Part shown: positions 9,001 through 19,238 of the stretch, in pieces
Layout of the letters: each line of letters starts with the position of its first letter
Position numbering within the stretch: position 1 is the first letter of the stretch
NCBI GenBank assembly: GCA_947478395.1
Contig: CANJVR010000003.1
Location: forward strand, 192,001-256,000
Length of the DNA stretch: 64,000 bases
From: Opitutia bacterium
Lineage (GTDB): Bacteria > Verrucomicrobiota > Verrucomicrobiia > Opitutales > Opitutaceae
Direction: 5' to 3'
The notes under the pieces: model-generated
Databases searched by the model: none
The model's input: only the letters and a program-made list of their open reading frames with translations
Told to the model about the DNA's origin: nothing
Made by a program: the position numbers and the translations under genes

Positions 9001-10146
9001 TCAACTGCGGGTCAGCTTTCGTTTCAGATCGCGCGCTTGAGCGAACGCGATTTCGACATTTTCGGCCCGTACGGTGAAATGGCCCATCTTGCGCCCGGGT
9101 CGCGGTTCCGTTTTGCCGTAGAGATGGAGCTTCGCCCGCGCGGTCGCGAAGATGGCTGGCCAATCCGGCGCACCGACGACCTTCCCGTCCGACCAATGCC
9201 AGGCGTCCCCGAGGATGTTCACCATCACCGTGGGCTCGCGCACGCTGGGGTCGCCCAACGGCAGACCACAGACCGCGCGCACGTGCTGCTCGAACTGGCT
9301 CGTTTCCCCGCCGTCGAGCGACCAGTGCCCGCTGTTATGGGGACGCGGGGCCAGCTCGTTGACGAGCAGGTCGCCTCCGGTGGTTAGGAAGAGCTCGACG
9401 GCGAGCAGGCCCACGACGCCGAGCTTTTCCGCAATGCGGGTCGCCAGCGCTTCCGCCGCGCGAGCGGTTTCGACCGCCACCCGCGCCGGCACGAGGGAAA
9501 AATCGAGGATGTGATGGGTGTGGATATTTTCCGCGACGGGAAAAGCGCGGGTCTCGCCCGGCAAATTGCGCGCAACGATCACAGAGAGCTCGCGGGAAAA
9601 TTCGCACCACGCTTCGACGACGCAACGCCGCCCGCGAAAAATCGCCACGGCTTGTTCGAGGTCGGCGGGCGTCGCGAGCTTCATCTGCCCTTTGCCGTCG
9701 TAGCCAAAGTCGGCGGTTTTCACGACACACGGCAGCCCCACTTCAGCGACCGCCGCGGCGATGTCGCCGTCGAGCGCCTCGGCGAAACGCACGTGGGGAA
9801 ATTCATTTGCGCGCAGCCACGCTTTTTCCCGCTGACGGTTCTGGCAGATGTGCAGGACCTCGGCGCGCGGGTATAAGGGCACGAGCGCGGCGAGCGCGGC
9901 GAGCGGCCCGGCGGGGATGTTTTCGAATTCGTAGGTAATGACGTCGACGGACCGCGCAAAAGCCGTGAGCGCGGCCAAGTCGTCGTAGCTGGCGTTGACT
10001 TCCCGATTCGCCACGGCTCCGGCCGGGCATTGGGACTGGGGCTCGAACACGTGCACCCGGTAGCCAAGCGTTTGGGCTGCCTGTGCCAGCATGCGGCCGA
10101 GCTGACCGCCGCCGAGTACGCCGATGGTTTGACCGGGAAGAATCAT
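9001..10146 (-). CDS. purK: N5-carboxyaminoimidazole ribonucleotide synthase
   Basis: IGVLGGGQLGRML, TYEFENI, GYDGKGQ, NELAPRPHNSGH, GRKMGH. Confidence 0.97.
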   Translation of the reverse strand: MILPGQTIGVLGGGQLGRMLAQAAQTLGYRVHVFEPQSQCPAGAVANREVNASYDDLAALTAFARSVDVITYEFENIPAGPLAALAALVPLYPRAEVLHICQNRQREKAWLRANEFPHVRFAEALDGDIAAAVAEVGLPCVVKTADFGYDGKGQMKLATPADLEQAVAIFRGRRCVVEAWCEFSRELSVIVARNLPGETRAFPVAENIHTHHILDFSLVPARVAVETARAAEALATRIAEKLGVVGLLAVELFLTTGGDLLVNELAPRPHNSGHWSLDGGETSQFEQHVRAVCGLPLGDPSVREPTVMVNILGDAWHWSDGKVVGAPDWPAIFATARAKLHLYGKTEPRPGRKMGHFTVRAENVEIAFAQARDLKRKLTRS

Positions 10147-10205
10147 TTTACAGGAAGAAACGGAGAGGACTGAGAGGGAAAATCGGGCGGTCAATCCCTC
10201 TGTGC
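10147..10205. repeat. Decayed palindromic (REP-like) repeat abutting the purK start
   Basis: TTTACAGGAAGAAACGGAGAGGACTGAGAGGG...CCCTCTGTG, imperfect 9-nt-periodic arms. Confidence 0.4.
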
Positions 10206-10221
10206 GCCCCCGAGAATCGAA

Positions 10222-10707
10222 TCACGGCAGCTTGGCGGCCAAGACTTTTGCCGTTTGCGCGGCGCGATGCGCGTCAAACGCTTTTTTGATGGGCGCGCTA
10301 CTGTGCGCGAGGAGTTGCGCGGCGAAAAGCGCGGCGTTGATCGCGCCGGGTTTGCCGATTGCGAACGTCGCCACCGGCACGCCGCCCGGCATCTGCACGA
10401 TCGAAAGCAGCGAATCCATGCCCTTGAGCGCGTGCGATTCCACCGGAACACCAAGCACGGGCAGTGCGGTGAGTGAGGCCGTCATGCCCGGCAGATGCGC
10501 GGCGCCACCCGCGCCCGCGATGATGACCTTAAGCCCACGCCGCTCGGCACTTTCAGCGTAAGTGACCATTAGCCTAGGCGTGCGGTGGGCGCTCACTACG
10601 CGTTTCTCGTAAGGCACGCCAAGGGCGTCAAGTTGGGCGGCGGCGTGCTGCATCGTTTCCCAGTCCGAGGCGCTGCCCATAATGATTCCTACAAGCGGTT
10701 TGGCCAT
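10222..10707 (-). CDS. purE: N5-carboxyaminoimidazole ribonucleotide mutase
   Basis: [39 protein letters not shown]. Confidence 0.97.
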   Translation of the reverse strand: MAKPLVGIIMGSASDWETMQHAAAQLDALGVPYEKRVVSAHRTPRLMVTYAESAERRGLKVIIAGAGGAAHLPGMTASLTALPVLGVPVESHALKGMDSLLSIVQMPGGVPVATFAIGKPGAINAALFAAQLLAHSSAPIKKAFDAHRAAQTAKVLAAKLP

Positions 10708-11128
10708 GCTCCGCAGCCAAAGCCCCCGCCCTCCCCGCTTCAACGGCGAAAAAATAATCCGCCGTTTTCCTCCGCCGCGTGTAACGCATTACATTACGCG
10801 CGGCTGGGATGGAAAAGCGCGGATCCGAAGACTCGGAAAAATCAGACTGGCGACACGCCTCAAGCCAGCGACTCACGATCAACGAAAACCCCCGCGCCGG
10901 GCAAAACCGGACGTTAGAAATGCCGGTGGCTGGAAAACATTCGATCCTCCACCAGCCTTTTTTGCCGACGAGACGTTGGGCCAACCGGCAGTTGCCGGTT
11001 AAAAACAGGCAAAAAATCAGAAGCTATTTAACGATGTCCGGCGCCGCCTCCAGTCCGAGATTATCTTCCCGAGCGGAGATTGGCGGTTTTTTGAATCGGG
11101 CCGGCGGGCGCTGGCCTGCGGTTCTGAC

Positions 11129-11914
11129 TCAGAAGTCGATCGCTTTCATCGGTCCGATTTCGACGCCGAAGTTATCGCCGTACGGTTTCACCCGCTTGAA
11201 ATCGCTGCGCTTCACTTCGTAGTCGCGGCCGCCGGGAATCATCAAAATGGAATAAGATCCGACGCCGCGGGCCGCGACCGGCGTCGGCGCAAATTTCGGA
11301 TCGATCTGGCTGAAATCCAACGAAGCTTCTCCTGATTTTATCTTCACGATCAGGGCTGTTCGCATCGGTTCACGCAGCCGGGCTTCGATTCTTTCGAACG
11401 CCCCGGACGCCTTCCCTACCCGCGCGAGGATGCGGAATTTTTCCGGGGGAAAACGCGTGTTGCCCTCTTTTTTGAGCGGCACTTCGTAAGTCACGCTTTG
11501 GGAATCTTCTTCCGCGATGATGGCGTGGTCCATGTCCATGAGCTCACCCACGGTTTTATTCACGCGATTGGTGCCCTCCTGTTCTTGTTTCGCGGCGCTT
11601 TTCCCCCGGCGTTCCCCTTTCTTCCGATACAACTTGAGATCCGCAGCCGACGGCGCTTTGCCATCGATGGTGATGGGGGCGTACTGCTCAGCGTAGGGTT
11701 TGGAGGGATCGAAGCGCACGACTGCCGTGTTGATCGTTTTGCCCTTGGGATCTTTTTCCACGACTTCCTGCGTGTAGGCCCAGCGATCGGTGTCGCGCGC
11801 CACTTTTTGCACCGCATCATCGAGCAGATCAGGCACACTCCCCCGCACCCAGCTTGAGGCCGCGAGGAGCGTGCCAAGCATGATTCCGGCGGCGGTGAAG
11901 AAGCGTGAATTCAT
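11129..11914 (-). CDS. Hypothetical secreted protein
   Basis: Long ORF with coding-like codon use and an N-terminal signal peptide from MNSRFF; no family recognised. Confidence 0.7.
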   Translation of the reverse strand: MNSRFFTAAGIMLGTLLAASSWVRGSVPDLLDDAVQKVARDTDRWAYTQEVVEKDPKGKTINTAVVRFDPSKPYAEQYAPITIDGKAPSAADLKLYRKKGERRGKSAAKQEQEGTNRVNKTVGELMDMDHAIIAEEDSQSVTYEVPLKKEGNTRFPPEKFRILARVGKASGAFERIEARLREPMRTALIVKIKSGEASLDFSQIDPKFAPTPVAARGVGSYSILMIPGGRDYEVKRSDFKRVKPYGDNFGVEIGPMKAIDF

Positions 11915-12013
11915 TTCCAAATCGAATTTATCCCCGAGGTTTCGTTCCCGCAAGTCTCCCGCATTGGACTGCGTGTTATTCGAAGCGTCATCGGGCAATC
12001 CGCAGCAATGGGA

Positions 12014-13315
12014 TCACGGTTTTCGTTCGGCCAACGCTTTCGCAACCCGACCATCAAGATGGATGGCTTGCGCAGGGAAAGCGAAGCCGAGACCTCGAGC
12101 GGCCACGGCCCGCATCATGGCGAGATTGATGCGCTGCTTGGCCGCGAGATTCTTTTTCAGGTCGGGATCCTTGGTGACGTACGCTAGCCAGATATCGAGC
12201 GATGAAGCACTGAGATCCCGGAAAAACACCTGGACCGACGCGGGGTCCACTTCGTCTTCGGCGCCGATGATGGTCCGGATTTCTTCCACGATCGCGGCCA
12301 TCTGGTCCGGCGTCGTGTCGTACGTCAGAGTGAGCACCTGCTCGACGCGCCGCTGCGTGAAGCGGGAAAGATTCACAATTGCCTCCGACGACACGGTTTT
12401 GTTCGGGATGATCGCGAGCGACTTGTCGACGAGCCGGATTTTCGTCGAACGCAGTCCGATGTCTTCGACCGTCCCGGTGTTGGCGCCGATTTTCACCGTT
12501 TCACCGATTTTAAACGGCTGGTCGATCGCGACCACGATCGAGCCGAAAAGATTCGCAATCGTGTCCTGCGCCGCGAGCGCGAAGGCCAGTCCGCCGATGC
12601 CGAGGCCGGCCAGCATGGCCTTCACGTCGTAGTGAAGGCTCTGCAAAACCAGCAGCACCCCGAAGATCACGAAAATGCTGATAAGCGCTTTCTTGATCCA
12701 CGGCATAAACGCCGCGATGCCCATCTGTCGCGCAGTCGCCAACTCCTGGGCATGGTCCAACACGGCGCCAAACGCCCGCAACAAGCCCCAAAACACGACA
12801 AGAGAAAAAGCCACGGTGGATCCGTAGCCGATGGCTGAATCGGTCGCGGCGTTCAGTTTCAGCACCTTTAACGCCGCGAAAATTCCAACGACCATGATGA
12901 ACGTGGCGACGGGCGTCTCGAGGGCCGGAAATAACTTGTCGTCGAGGGTGGTCGTGGTTTTTGCCGCCAGTCGCTTCAGCTGGGCGAAAATGATATTCGT
13001 GACGACCCGCCGCAGTAGAATCGCGCCGACTAAAAACAGGGCACTGATCACGTAGTGCGTGGCCGTGTTGCCGCTGTTCTGAACGTCGAAAAGCGCCAGC
13101 ACTTCATCCACGAGTTGCTCCAGCAGATCGGGGGATCGAATGTCTGTTGGCTTGGACGCGGTGGCCGCGATGGCCCCCACTGCATTCGTATTCAACGCGA
13201 CATCGGCATTTTCCGCCGCCTGGGCGGGCGCGCCGGCCGGCGCCTGCGCGCTAAGTCCAGGCCGGAACAACAGAAGAGCGGCGATTGAGGCGGAGAGGAA
13301 AAGAAGACGTTTCAT
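12014..13315 (-). CDS. mscS: Small-conductance mechanosensitive channel (MscS family)
   Basis: LAGLGIGGLAFALAAQDTIANLFG, PFKIGE, GTVEDIGLRST, IPN, FAFP. Confidence 0.92.
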   Translation of the reverse strand: MKRLLFLSASIAALLLFRPGLSAQAPAGAPAQAAENADVALNTNAVGAIAATASKPTDIRSPDLLEQLVDEVLALFDVQNSGNTATHYVISALFLVGAILLRRVVTNIIFAQLKRLAAKTTTTLDDKLFPALETPVATFIMVVGIFAALKVLKLNAATDSAIGYGSTVAFSLVVFWGLLRAFGAVLDHAQELATARQMGIAAFMPWIKKALISIFVIFGVLLVLQSLHYDVKAMLAGLGIGGLAFALAAQDTIANLFGSIVVAIDQPFKIGETVKIGANTGTVEDIGLRSTKIRLVDKSLAIIPNKTVSSEAIVNLSRFTQRRVEQVLTLTYDTTPDQMAAIVEEIRTIIGAEDEVDPASVQVFFRDLSASSLDIWLAYVTKDPDLKKNLAAKQRINLAMMRAVAARGLGFAFPAQAIHLDGRVAKALAERKP

Positions 13316-13465
13316 TGTCCGTGCGAATCAACGACGGCGTCCGGGCATGTCAAAAACTTTGCCCTTCTCCCGCGAGGGTTGCAGCGACTGGAATTCGGCG
13401 CGGCATTTCGATCATCGCACTCGCCGCTTGCCCGCGGTGTCTGCGCCTCGCCAACATCTGCGGCG

Positions 13466-14416
13466 ATGTTTCCGCTATTTTCCATCATCAACACGATGCC
13501 GCCATGGGCGTGGGCCGCGTTTTTCCTTTTCATCACCGCGATGCTCGCGCTCGACCTCGGGGTTTTTCAACGCGACTCGCACGTCGTAAGCATGAAGGAG
13601 GCCCTGGGTTGGTGCGTCGTTTGGGGTGCTCTCGCGTTGGGCTTCGGCGGACTGCTGTGGTGGTGGCGGGGCCCGGAACCGGCGCAGCAGTTTATCGCCG
13701 GCTATCTCATCGAATTGTGCCTGAGCGTGGACAACGTTTTTGTTTTCATCCTCGTGTTCGCGCACTTCAAGGTGAAGCCGCGCTACCAGCACCGGGTGTT
13801 GTTTTGGGGCATCATCGGAGCCGTGTTCATGCGGGCGGTTTTCATCGTGGTCGGCGTCAGCGTGATCGCCCGCTTTCACTGGATTCTCTACCTGTTCGGC
13901 GCGTTCCTCGTTTACACGGGGATCAAGATGGCGTTGCCCAGCTCGTCGGAGGCCGAAGTCGATCCCGAGCACAACGCCGCCGTGCGGCTCTTCCGGCGCT
14001 TCTTCGCCATCGCGCCGCACAACGAACACGGCCATTTTTTCACGCATCACGAGGGTCGCCGCATGGCCACGCCGATGTTCATCGTGCTCATCGTCATCGA
14101 AACCACCGATCTCGTTTTCGCCCTCGATTCGCTCCCGGCGGTACTCGCCATCACCAAGGACAGCTTCGTGGCGCTCACCTCTAATATTTTTGCGATCCTT
14201 GGGCTGCGCTCCCTCTATTTTGCGCTGAGCGGCATTATGCAGCTTTTCCGCTACTTGAAAATCGGCCTCGCGGTGATCCTCGTTTTCATCGGGGTGAAAA
14301 TGCTCGTCGAGCACTGGGTGGAAATTACGACGACGACCTCGCTCTGCGTGATCGGAACGGTGCTCGCCACCTCCGTGCTGATGTCGGTGCTGATCGCATC
14401 GGAGAAGCCAAAATAA
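13466..14416 (+). CDS. TerC/Alx family membrane protein
   Basis: LALDLG, GYLIELCLSVDNVFVF, QHRVLFWGIIGA, ETTDLVFALDS, TSNIFAILGLR. Confidence 0.93.
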   Translation: MFPLFSIINTMPPWAWAAFFLFITAMLALDLGVFQRDSHVVSMKEALGWCVVWGALALGFGGLLWWWRGPEPAQQFIAGYLIELCLSVDNVFVFILVFAHFKVKPRYQHRVLFWGIIGAVFMRAVFIVVGVSVIARFHWILYLFGAFLVYTGIKMALPSSSEAEVDPEHNAAVRLFRRFFAIAPHNEHGHFFTHHEGRRMATPMFIVLIVIETTDLVFALDSLPAVLAITKDSFVALTSNIFAILGLRSLYFALSGIMQLFRYLKIGLAVILVFIGVKMLVEHWVEITTTTSLCVIGTVLATSVLMSVLIASEKPK

Positions 14417-14456
14417 TGAGAGGCGCGCGGGGAAAAATCTCCGCGCTCCAAATCAG

Positions 14457-14906
14457 CTAAGGTAGAAACCGCTGCACCCACTCAGGCCGGGCGAGAGGCT
14501 GGGATTCCCATTCACCGAAAAGCCGATAACGCCAGCGTGCGATCAATTTGTAGACGGCATCGCGCCAGCCGCGCGGCAGGATGCGAAGCCACGCGATAAG
14601 CCGCCCCATTCCGCCAACCGCACGGGCCGCAGCGAGCGCGCCATCCGTGCGTAACAAGAACTCGGCTTCGGCGCGCCGCGTCCAATCCGGTACAAACACC
14701 AGCGAATCAAAATCCGCGGTCGGCAATCCGTGCGCCTTCAAATAATGCTGCGCCGTGGGACCCTGTAACGACGCGAAATGCAGGATCCTTTTCCGGTCGA
14801 GGCGCAGCAACAGGTGTACGATCCGCTGACACAGCCCGCACTCTCCGTCGAAAAACAAAACAGGCCCCGGGAGCGCGGCGGTCGAAAGAGACGGTGGCTG
14901 GTGCAC
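14457..14906 (-). CDS. DCC1-like thiol-disulfide oxidoreductase (DUF393/YuxK)
   Basis: FDGECGLC, FASLQG, RDAVYKLIARWRYRLFG. Confidence 0.88.
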   Translation of the reverse strand: MHQPPSLSTAALPGPVLFFDGECGLCQRIVHLLLRLDRKRILHFASLQGPTAQHYLKAHGLPTADFDSLVFVPDWTRRAEAEFLLRTDGALAAARAVGGMGRLIAWLRILPRGWRDAVYKLIARWRYRLFGEWESQPLARPEWVQRFLP

Positions 14907-15153
14907 GCCCTACACAAGCCCGTCCCGGACGCACGGCAAGCCGGCGCGCATCGCCGCATTGGGCGGCGCTTTCCTGAAATACGGCACGCTATCGCGCGAT
15001 TCTGCGGTACTCGCTTCGGCAACGATCGCGTTGCGCTGCGTCAACACGCGTTCATGCGCCTCGTCGCTGATCTCGCGATGAAGCGAGGTCCAAACCGCGA
15101 GCTGTCGCCAAACGCGCCGGCGATATCGCGTTAAAGGGTGCCGCGACTGAGAG

Positions 15154-15384
15154 GTGAACCCATATTTATACAAACAGACCACCCCGGTTAATATTGGGAT
15201 GATTGTTGGAGTAATTTTATTTTTGATCGGGGCCATTTCGGTCACCGTGAAAATAGGGTGGTCGCAATTGGAGCCTAACCCATGGCGCCAACGGCCAACG
15301 CCGCCAACCTGGACGCGTGCGCCGTCGGGTTTGGGTTGCGCGGCGCCGCGGGACCGACCCAAGTTCTTTCGGCATGAGTTTTGA
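15154..15384 (+). CDS. Possible small single-pass membrane protein
   Basis: 76-aa ORF with hydrophobic IGMIVGVILFLIGAISVTV; its end overlaps the patB start; atypical codon use. Confidence 0.3.
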   Translation: MNPYLYKQTTPVNIGMIVGVILFLIGAISVTVKIGWSQLEPNPWRQRPTPPTWTRAPSGLGCAAPRDRPKFFRHEF

Positions 15385-16537
15385 TTTCGACACCTCCATT
15401 TCCCGGGCGGACACGGATTCGCAAAAATGGCAGAAATATGCCGGGCGCGATGTGCTGCCGCTTTGGGTGGCGGACATGGATTTTCGTTCCTCGCCGGCCA
15501 TCATCGATGCTTTGCATGCCCGCGTGAACCATGGGGTGTTTGGCTATGCGCGACCAGTGAATTCGACCGTCGATGCGTTAGTCGATGCGCTGGCTGCACG
15601 CTACGGCTGGCAGATCGACCGCTCATGGATTGTCTGGCTGCCGGGTTTAGTGTGCGGGCTGAACGTCACCGCCCAAGCTTTCGCCCAGCCCGGCGAAGAA
15701 GTGCTCACCCTGACGCCGGTATATCCGCCGTTTATGAGCGCCCCGAAAAACAGTGCACGCGGCTCGGCCCAAGTCCCCTGGGTGCTGACCGGCGGCAGCT
15801 GGCAGATCGACTGGCCCGCGCTGGAGCGCGCGATCAGCCCACGGACCAAACTTTTCTATCTGTGCAATCCGCACAATCCGCTCGCGCGCGTCTGGCGGCG
15901 CGAGGAGTTGACCCGGCTTGCCGATTTCTGCGTGCGGCATCAGCTCGTGCTTTGCTCCGATGAGATCCACTGCGACCTGATCCTCGATCGCGCGCTGCCG
16001 CATATCCCGACCGCCGCGCTTTCGCCGGAAATTGCTGCGCGTACCGTCACGCTCATGGCGCCAAGCAAGACTTACAACGTGCCGGGCCTCGGAACCTCCT
16101 TTGCCATTATCAGCGATCCGGCATTGCGGGCGCAGTTCGTCCGCGCGACCTCCGGCATCGTGGCCGAAGTCACGTCACTCGGCTTCACCGCCTGTGAAGC
16201 CGCGTATCGCGACAGCGAGCCCTGGCGCCAGGCGCTCCTCACTGCGTTGCGGGGCAACCGCGATTTCCTGCTGGATTTTCTAGCCCGTGAAATGCCCGCC
16301 GTGCGCGTCGAGGCGCCAATCGAGGCCACCTATCTCGCCTGGCTCAACGTCGAGGCGCTGGCCCTGCCTGATCCCGTCGCGCATTTTGAAAAACACGGGG
16401 TGGGCCTCAGTGATGGCGCGTTTTTCGGCTCACCGAAAGGCCGGCATGTGCGCCTTAATTTCGGCTGTCCGCGGACGTTGCTCGCGGACGCGCTGAACCG
16501 GATGAAGGTCGCTGTGGCCGCGGCCAGCCGACGTTAG
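15374..16537 (+). CDS. PatB/MalY family PLP-dependent C-S lyase (cystathionine beta-lyase-like)
   Basis: LPLWVADMDF, LCNPHNP, SDEIHCDL, APSKTYN (PLP Lys), ATYLAWL, RLNFGC. Confidence 0.93.
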   Translation: MSFDFDTSISRADTDSQKWQKYAGRDVLPLWVADMDFRSSPAIIDALHARVNHGVFGYARPVNSTVDALVDALAARYGWQIDRSWIVWLPGLVCGLNVTAQAFAQPGEEVLTLTPVYPPFMSAPKNSARGSAQVPWVLTGGSWQIDWPALERAISPRTKLFYLCNPHNPLARVWRREELTRLADFCVRHQLVLCSDEIHCDLILDRALPHIPTAALSPEIAARTVTLMAPSKTYNVPGLGTSFAIISDPALRAQFVRATSGIVAEVTSLGFTACEAAYRDSEPWRQALLTALRGNRDFLLDFLAREMPAVRVEAPIEATYLAWLNVEALALPDPVAHFEKHGVGLSDGAFFGSPKGRHVRLNFGCPRTLLADALNRMKVAVAAASRR

Positions 16538-16612
16538 CGGCGCCGCTGCGGTTTTTTTGCGCACAAACCGTCGAGGTTGCAGCGGACGGAGGGGCACGTT
16601 TTGTTAAAGGCG

Positions 16613-17725
16613 ATGCGCCTCGGACCGTATACGCTGGCTTCAAATCTGTTTCTTTCGCCGCTGGCGGGCTACACCAACCTGCCCATGCGACTCACGATCC
16701 GCGAAATTGGCGGGCTCGGCTGGGCGACGACGGATCTCGTCAACGCGCGCTCTCTTCTCGAAAAAAATCGTGTCGCGTTGCAACTCGTCGCCTCGGCGCC
16801 GGCCGACCGGCCGCTGGCGATCCAGCTTTTCGGTAGCGTCCCCGAGGAAATGCGCGACGCCGCCGCCATGTGCGAAGCGCTCGGAGCGCAGTCGGTCGAC
16901 ATCAACATGGGTTGTCCGGTGAAGAAAGTCGTCCGCATCGGCGGCGGCTCCGCCATGATGAACGAACTCGACAAAACCGCGGCCCTCGTGCGCGGCATGA
17001 TTGCGGCGGTGAAAATTCCGGTCACCGCCAAAATGAGGCTGGGCTGGGATGACGACAACCTCACGGCGCCCGATCTGGCCCGGGTGCTCGAGGACGTCGG
17101 GGTCGCGGCGATTTTTGTACACGGCCGTACCCGCGCGCAGGGATTTTCGGGGACCGTGAATCTAGCGGGCATCCGCTCGGTCGTGGCGGCGGTAAAGACC
17201 ATCCCGGTGATCGGCAACGGAGACATCACGACTCCCGCCGCGGCGCGCCACATGCTCGCTGAGACCGGTTGCGCGGGCGTGAGCATGGGTCGCGGCGCGT
17301 TCTACGATCCGTGGATTTTTCGCCGCACGGAGCACTTGATCCGCACCGGCGAACTCCTACCTGAGCCGGATTTCAATGAACGCCTACGGGTGTTGCGGAT
17401 CCATTTTGAGCGCTACCTGGAATTCTACGGCGAGGAGCACGGCGCTAAACTTTTTCGCAAAGTAGCCCCCTGGTACGCGAAGCGTTTTGGCCCCGCCAAG
17501 CCGTTTAAAAATCGCATGATCACGATCCAGTCGCGCGCCGATTTTGAGGCGGCGATCGCGGAGTTTGTCGGGTGGCGCGCCCAGTTTTGCGACGATCGCG
17601 GCGAACTCCTCGAGAAATTCGCCCCCGCGCCCATGATCGCCTCGTTCATGCGTGATCCGGACGAAGCGGAAGTTTACCAGCGCGACTCGATTCCCGTACC
17701 GAAGGGACCGGTCGAGGTGTGGTAA
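16613..17725 (+). CDS. dusB: tRNA-dihydrouridine synthase B
   Basis: LSPLAGYT, IQLFG, DINMGCPV, HGRTR, GNGDI. Confidence 0.92.
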   Translation: MRLGPYTLASNLFLSPLAGYTNLPMRLTIREIGGLGWATTDLVNARSLLEKNRVALQLVASAPADRPLAIQLFGSVPEEMRDAAAMCEALGAQSVDINMGCPVKKVVRIGGGSAMMNELDKTAALVRGMIAAVKIPVTAKMRLGWDDDNLTAPDLARVLEDVGVAAIFVHGRTRAQGFSGTVNLAGIRSVVAAVKTIPVIGNGDITTPAAARHMLAETGCAGVSMGRGAFYDPWIFRRTEHLIRTGELLPEPDFNERLRVLRIHFERYLEFYGEEHGAKLFRKVAPWYAKRFGPAKPFKNRMITIQSRADFEAAIAEFVGWRAQFCDDRGELLEKFAPAPMIASFMRDPDEAEVYQRDSIPVPKGPVEVW

Positions 17726-17827
17726 GTATGGGGTTCAGTTGCCATGGCACCCGCGGTTGAGTCTAGTCGCCGTGTCGGTTCAGAATAATTTTTCGGCCCA
17801 ACAAATCACGATCGCGAATTTCAATTC

Positions 17828-18508
17828 ATGCCCGCGGCCTCACATTTTTGGGAGCTGATCCTCGGCACGGTGATTGCACTCTTGCCCTTGATCAATCCGC
17901 TCGCGACGGCTCCGACGTTTCTCGCCATCACCGAAGGCGATTCGCGTGAACGCCGCCTCCAGCAACTGCGCAAGGCGTGCATGTACATGGTCGCGATTCT
18001 CGTGTCTTTCCTCGTGGGCGGGACGTTCATCATGGGATTCTTCGGCCTGTCGATTCCCGGACTGCGCATTGCGGGCGGGTTGCTCGTGGCGGGCATCGGC
18101 TCGGGCTTGTTGATGGCGCCGGCGCGTGAAGCCGAATCAAATGATCCCGCGCACGTCGAGGCCCGCGCAAAACGGGACGTGTCATTTTCACCCTTGGCGA
18201 TGCCGATGATGAGTGGCCCGGGTTCAATCGCTGTCACGGTGGGTTTCACCTCACTCGCGAAGGGTTGGCTCGATTACACCGCGATCATTCTAGGGATCTT
18301 GATCGTGGCGGTCATTACCTATGGCACGCTCCGGCTGGCGGAGCGCGTGGTGCTTGTGATCGGGGTAAACAGCATGAACGCGCTGTCCAAGATGATGGGG
18401 TTTTTGATCCTGTGCATCGGAATCCAATTCGTCGTCAACGGCGTGCTGGGCATCGCGACCGACCCTGTGCTACTGAGAGGCATACGCGATGCCGTGCTGG
18501 AAAAGTAA
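17828..18508 (+). CDS. MarC family membrane protein
   Basis: INPL, LRIAGG, PLAMPMMSGPGSI, KMMGFLILCIGIQF. Confidence 0.92.
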   Translation: MPAASHFWELILGTVIALLPLINPLATAPTFLAITEGDSRERRLQQLRKACMYMVAILVSFLVGGTFIMGFFGLSIPGLRIAGGLLVAGIGSGLLMAPAREAESNDPAHVEARAKRDVSFSPLAMPMMSGPGSIAVTVGFTSLAKGWLDYTAIILGILIVAVITYGTLRLAERVVLVIGVNSMNALSKMMGFLILCIGIQFVVNGVLGIATDPVLLRGIRDAVLEK

Positions 18509-18924
18509 GGGCTCAGAATCGCCAGGTAACGATCGCTCCGGACTTTTCCTTGAACGGGAGTTGATGCGTGGTCGCACCCCCACGAAAATGATCCTCCGGC
18601 CCGGGTTGTTGTGCACCGCTTGACTGGCCCAGACGAGCAGGACCACGACCGCGGCCAGCAGCACGTTGCGCCTCTTATTTTTCCTTCAGACCTACTCGCG
18701 GGAAGCGTCTCGCGTCCTAAGTTTAAATTTTAGCGGGGTGTCCTCGGCCCATGGAACGACGGGCGCCAGAAGGCTTGTATGGAGCCAAAGCCAACGGTGG
18801 CTTCATCCGCCGCGGCAGTGGGCACACGTTCACTCATTTGACCATAAAAGTCGCGTCAGGGTGTGGGCAGAACCAAAAAGATTCCCTCGCGGTACACCCC
18901 AGCTTTCCCCAACTCTATTGCTCC

Positions 18925-19197
18925 ATGTTTACTCCGAAGAGAATGTCCCGGCCGGCCTTGAGTCTAAGTTGCCTCCTGCTCGTGCTGGGCAGCGGTTGTT
19001 TCCATTCAAAAAAGAACGCTACGCCCAAAGAGAATCCGGCGATCGCCAGTGAGACTGAGGCGGATTTTAAACAACGTTTCATGGAAAAGCGGATGGCCGA
19101 GCTGGTCGCGCAGGGCGTCGCGCCCGACGCCGCACGCGTGCGTGCCAACGAGGAATTTCGCTCGAAGTACAGCGCGACGACGGCGGCCCAAAAGTAA
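18925..19197 (+). CDS. Small hypothetical lipoprotein
   Basis: Lipobox LGSGC after a hydrophobic stretch; GC3-rich downstream codons. Confidence 0.65.
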   Translation: MFTPKRMSRPALSLSCLLLVLGSGCFHSKKNATPKENPAIASETEADFKQRFMEKRMAELVAQGVAPDAARVRANEEFRSKYSATTAAQK

Positions 19198-19238
19198 GCC
19201 GGGCTTGATCGCACCATCCGCTGTCAGCGCATGGTGCG

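Noticed and set aside
10708..11128. Purine-related riboswitch or small gene upstream of purE
   Set aside because: No recognisable aptamer consensus; the ORFs there lack coding-like composition. Only the degenerate palindrome at 10775-10803 was retained.
13316..13465. yybP-ykoY (Mn2+) riboswitch upstream of the TerC gene
   Set aside because: I could not see the characteristic conserved segments; an Rfam scan would be needed to exclude it fully.
18470..18664. 64-aa minus-strand ORF with a hydrophobic start
   Set aside because: It overlaps the marC end, has a stop just upstream of a weak GTG, and is not protein-like beyond the first 15 residues.
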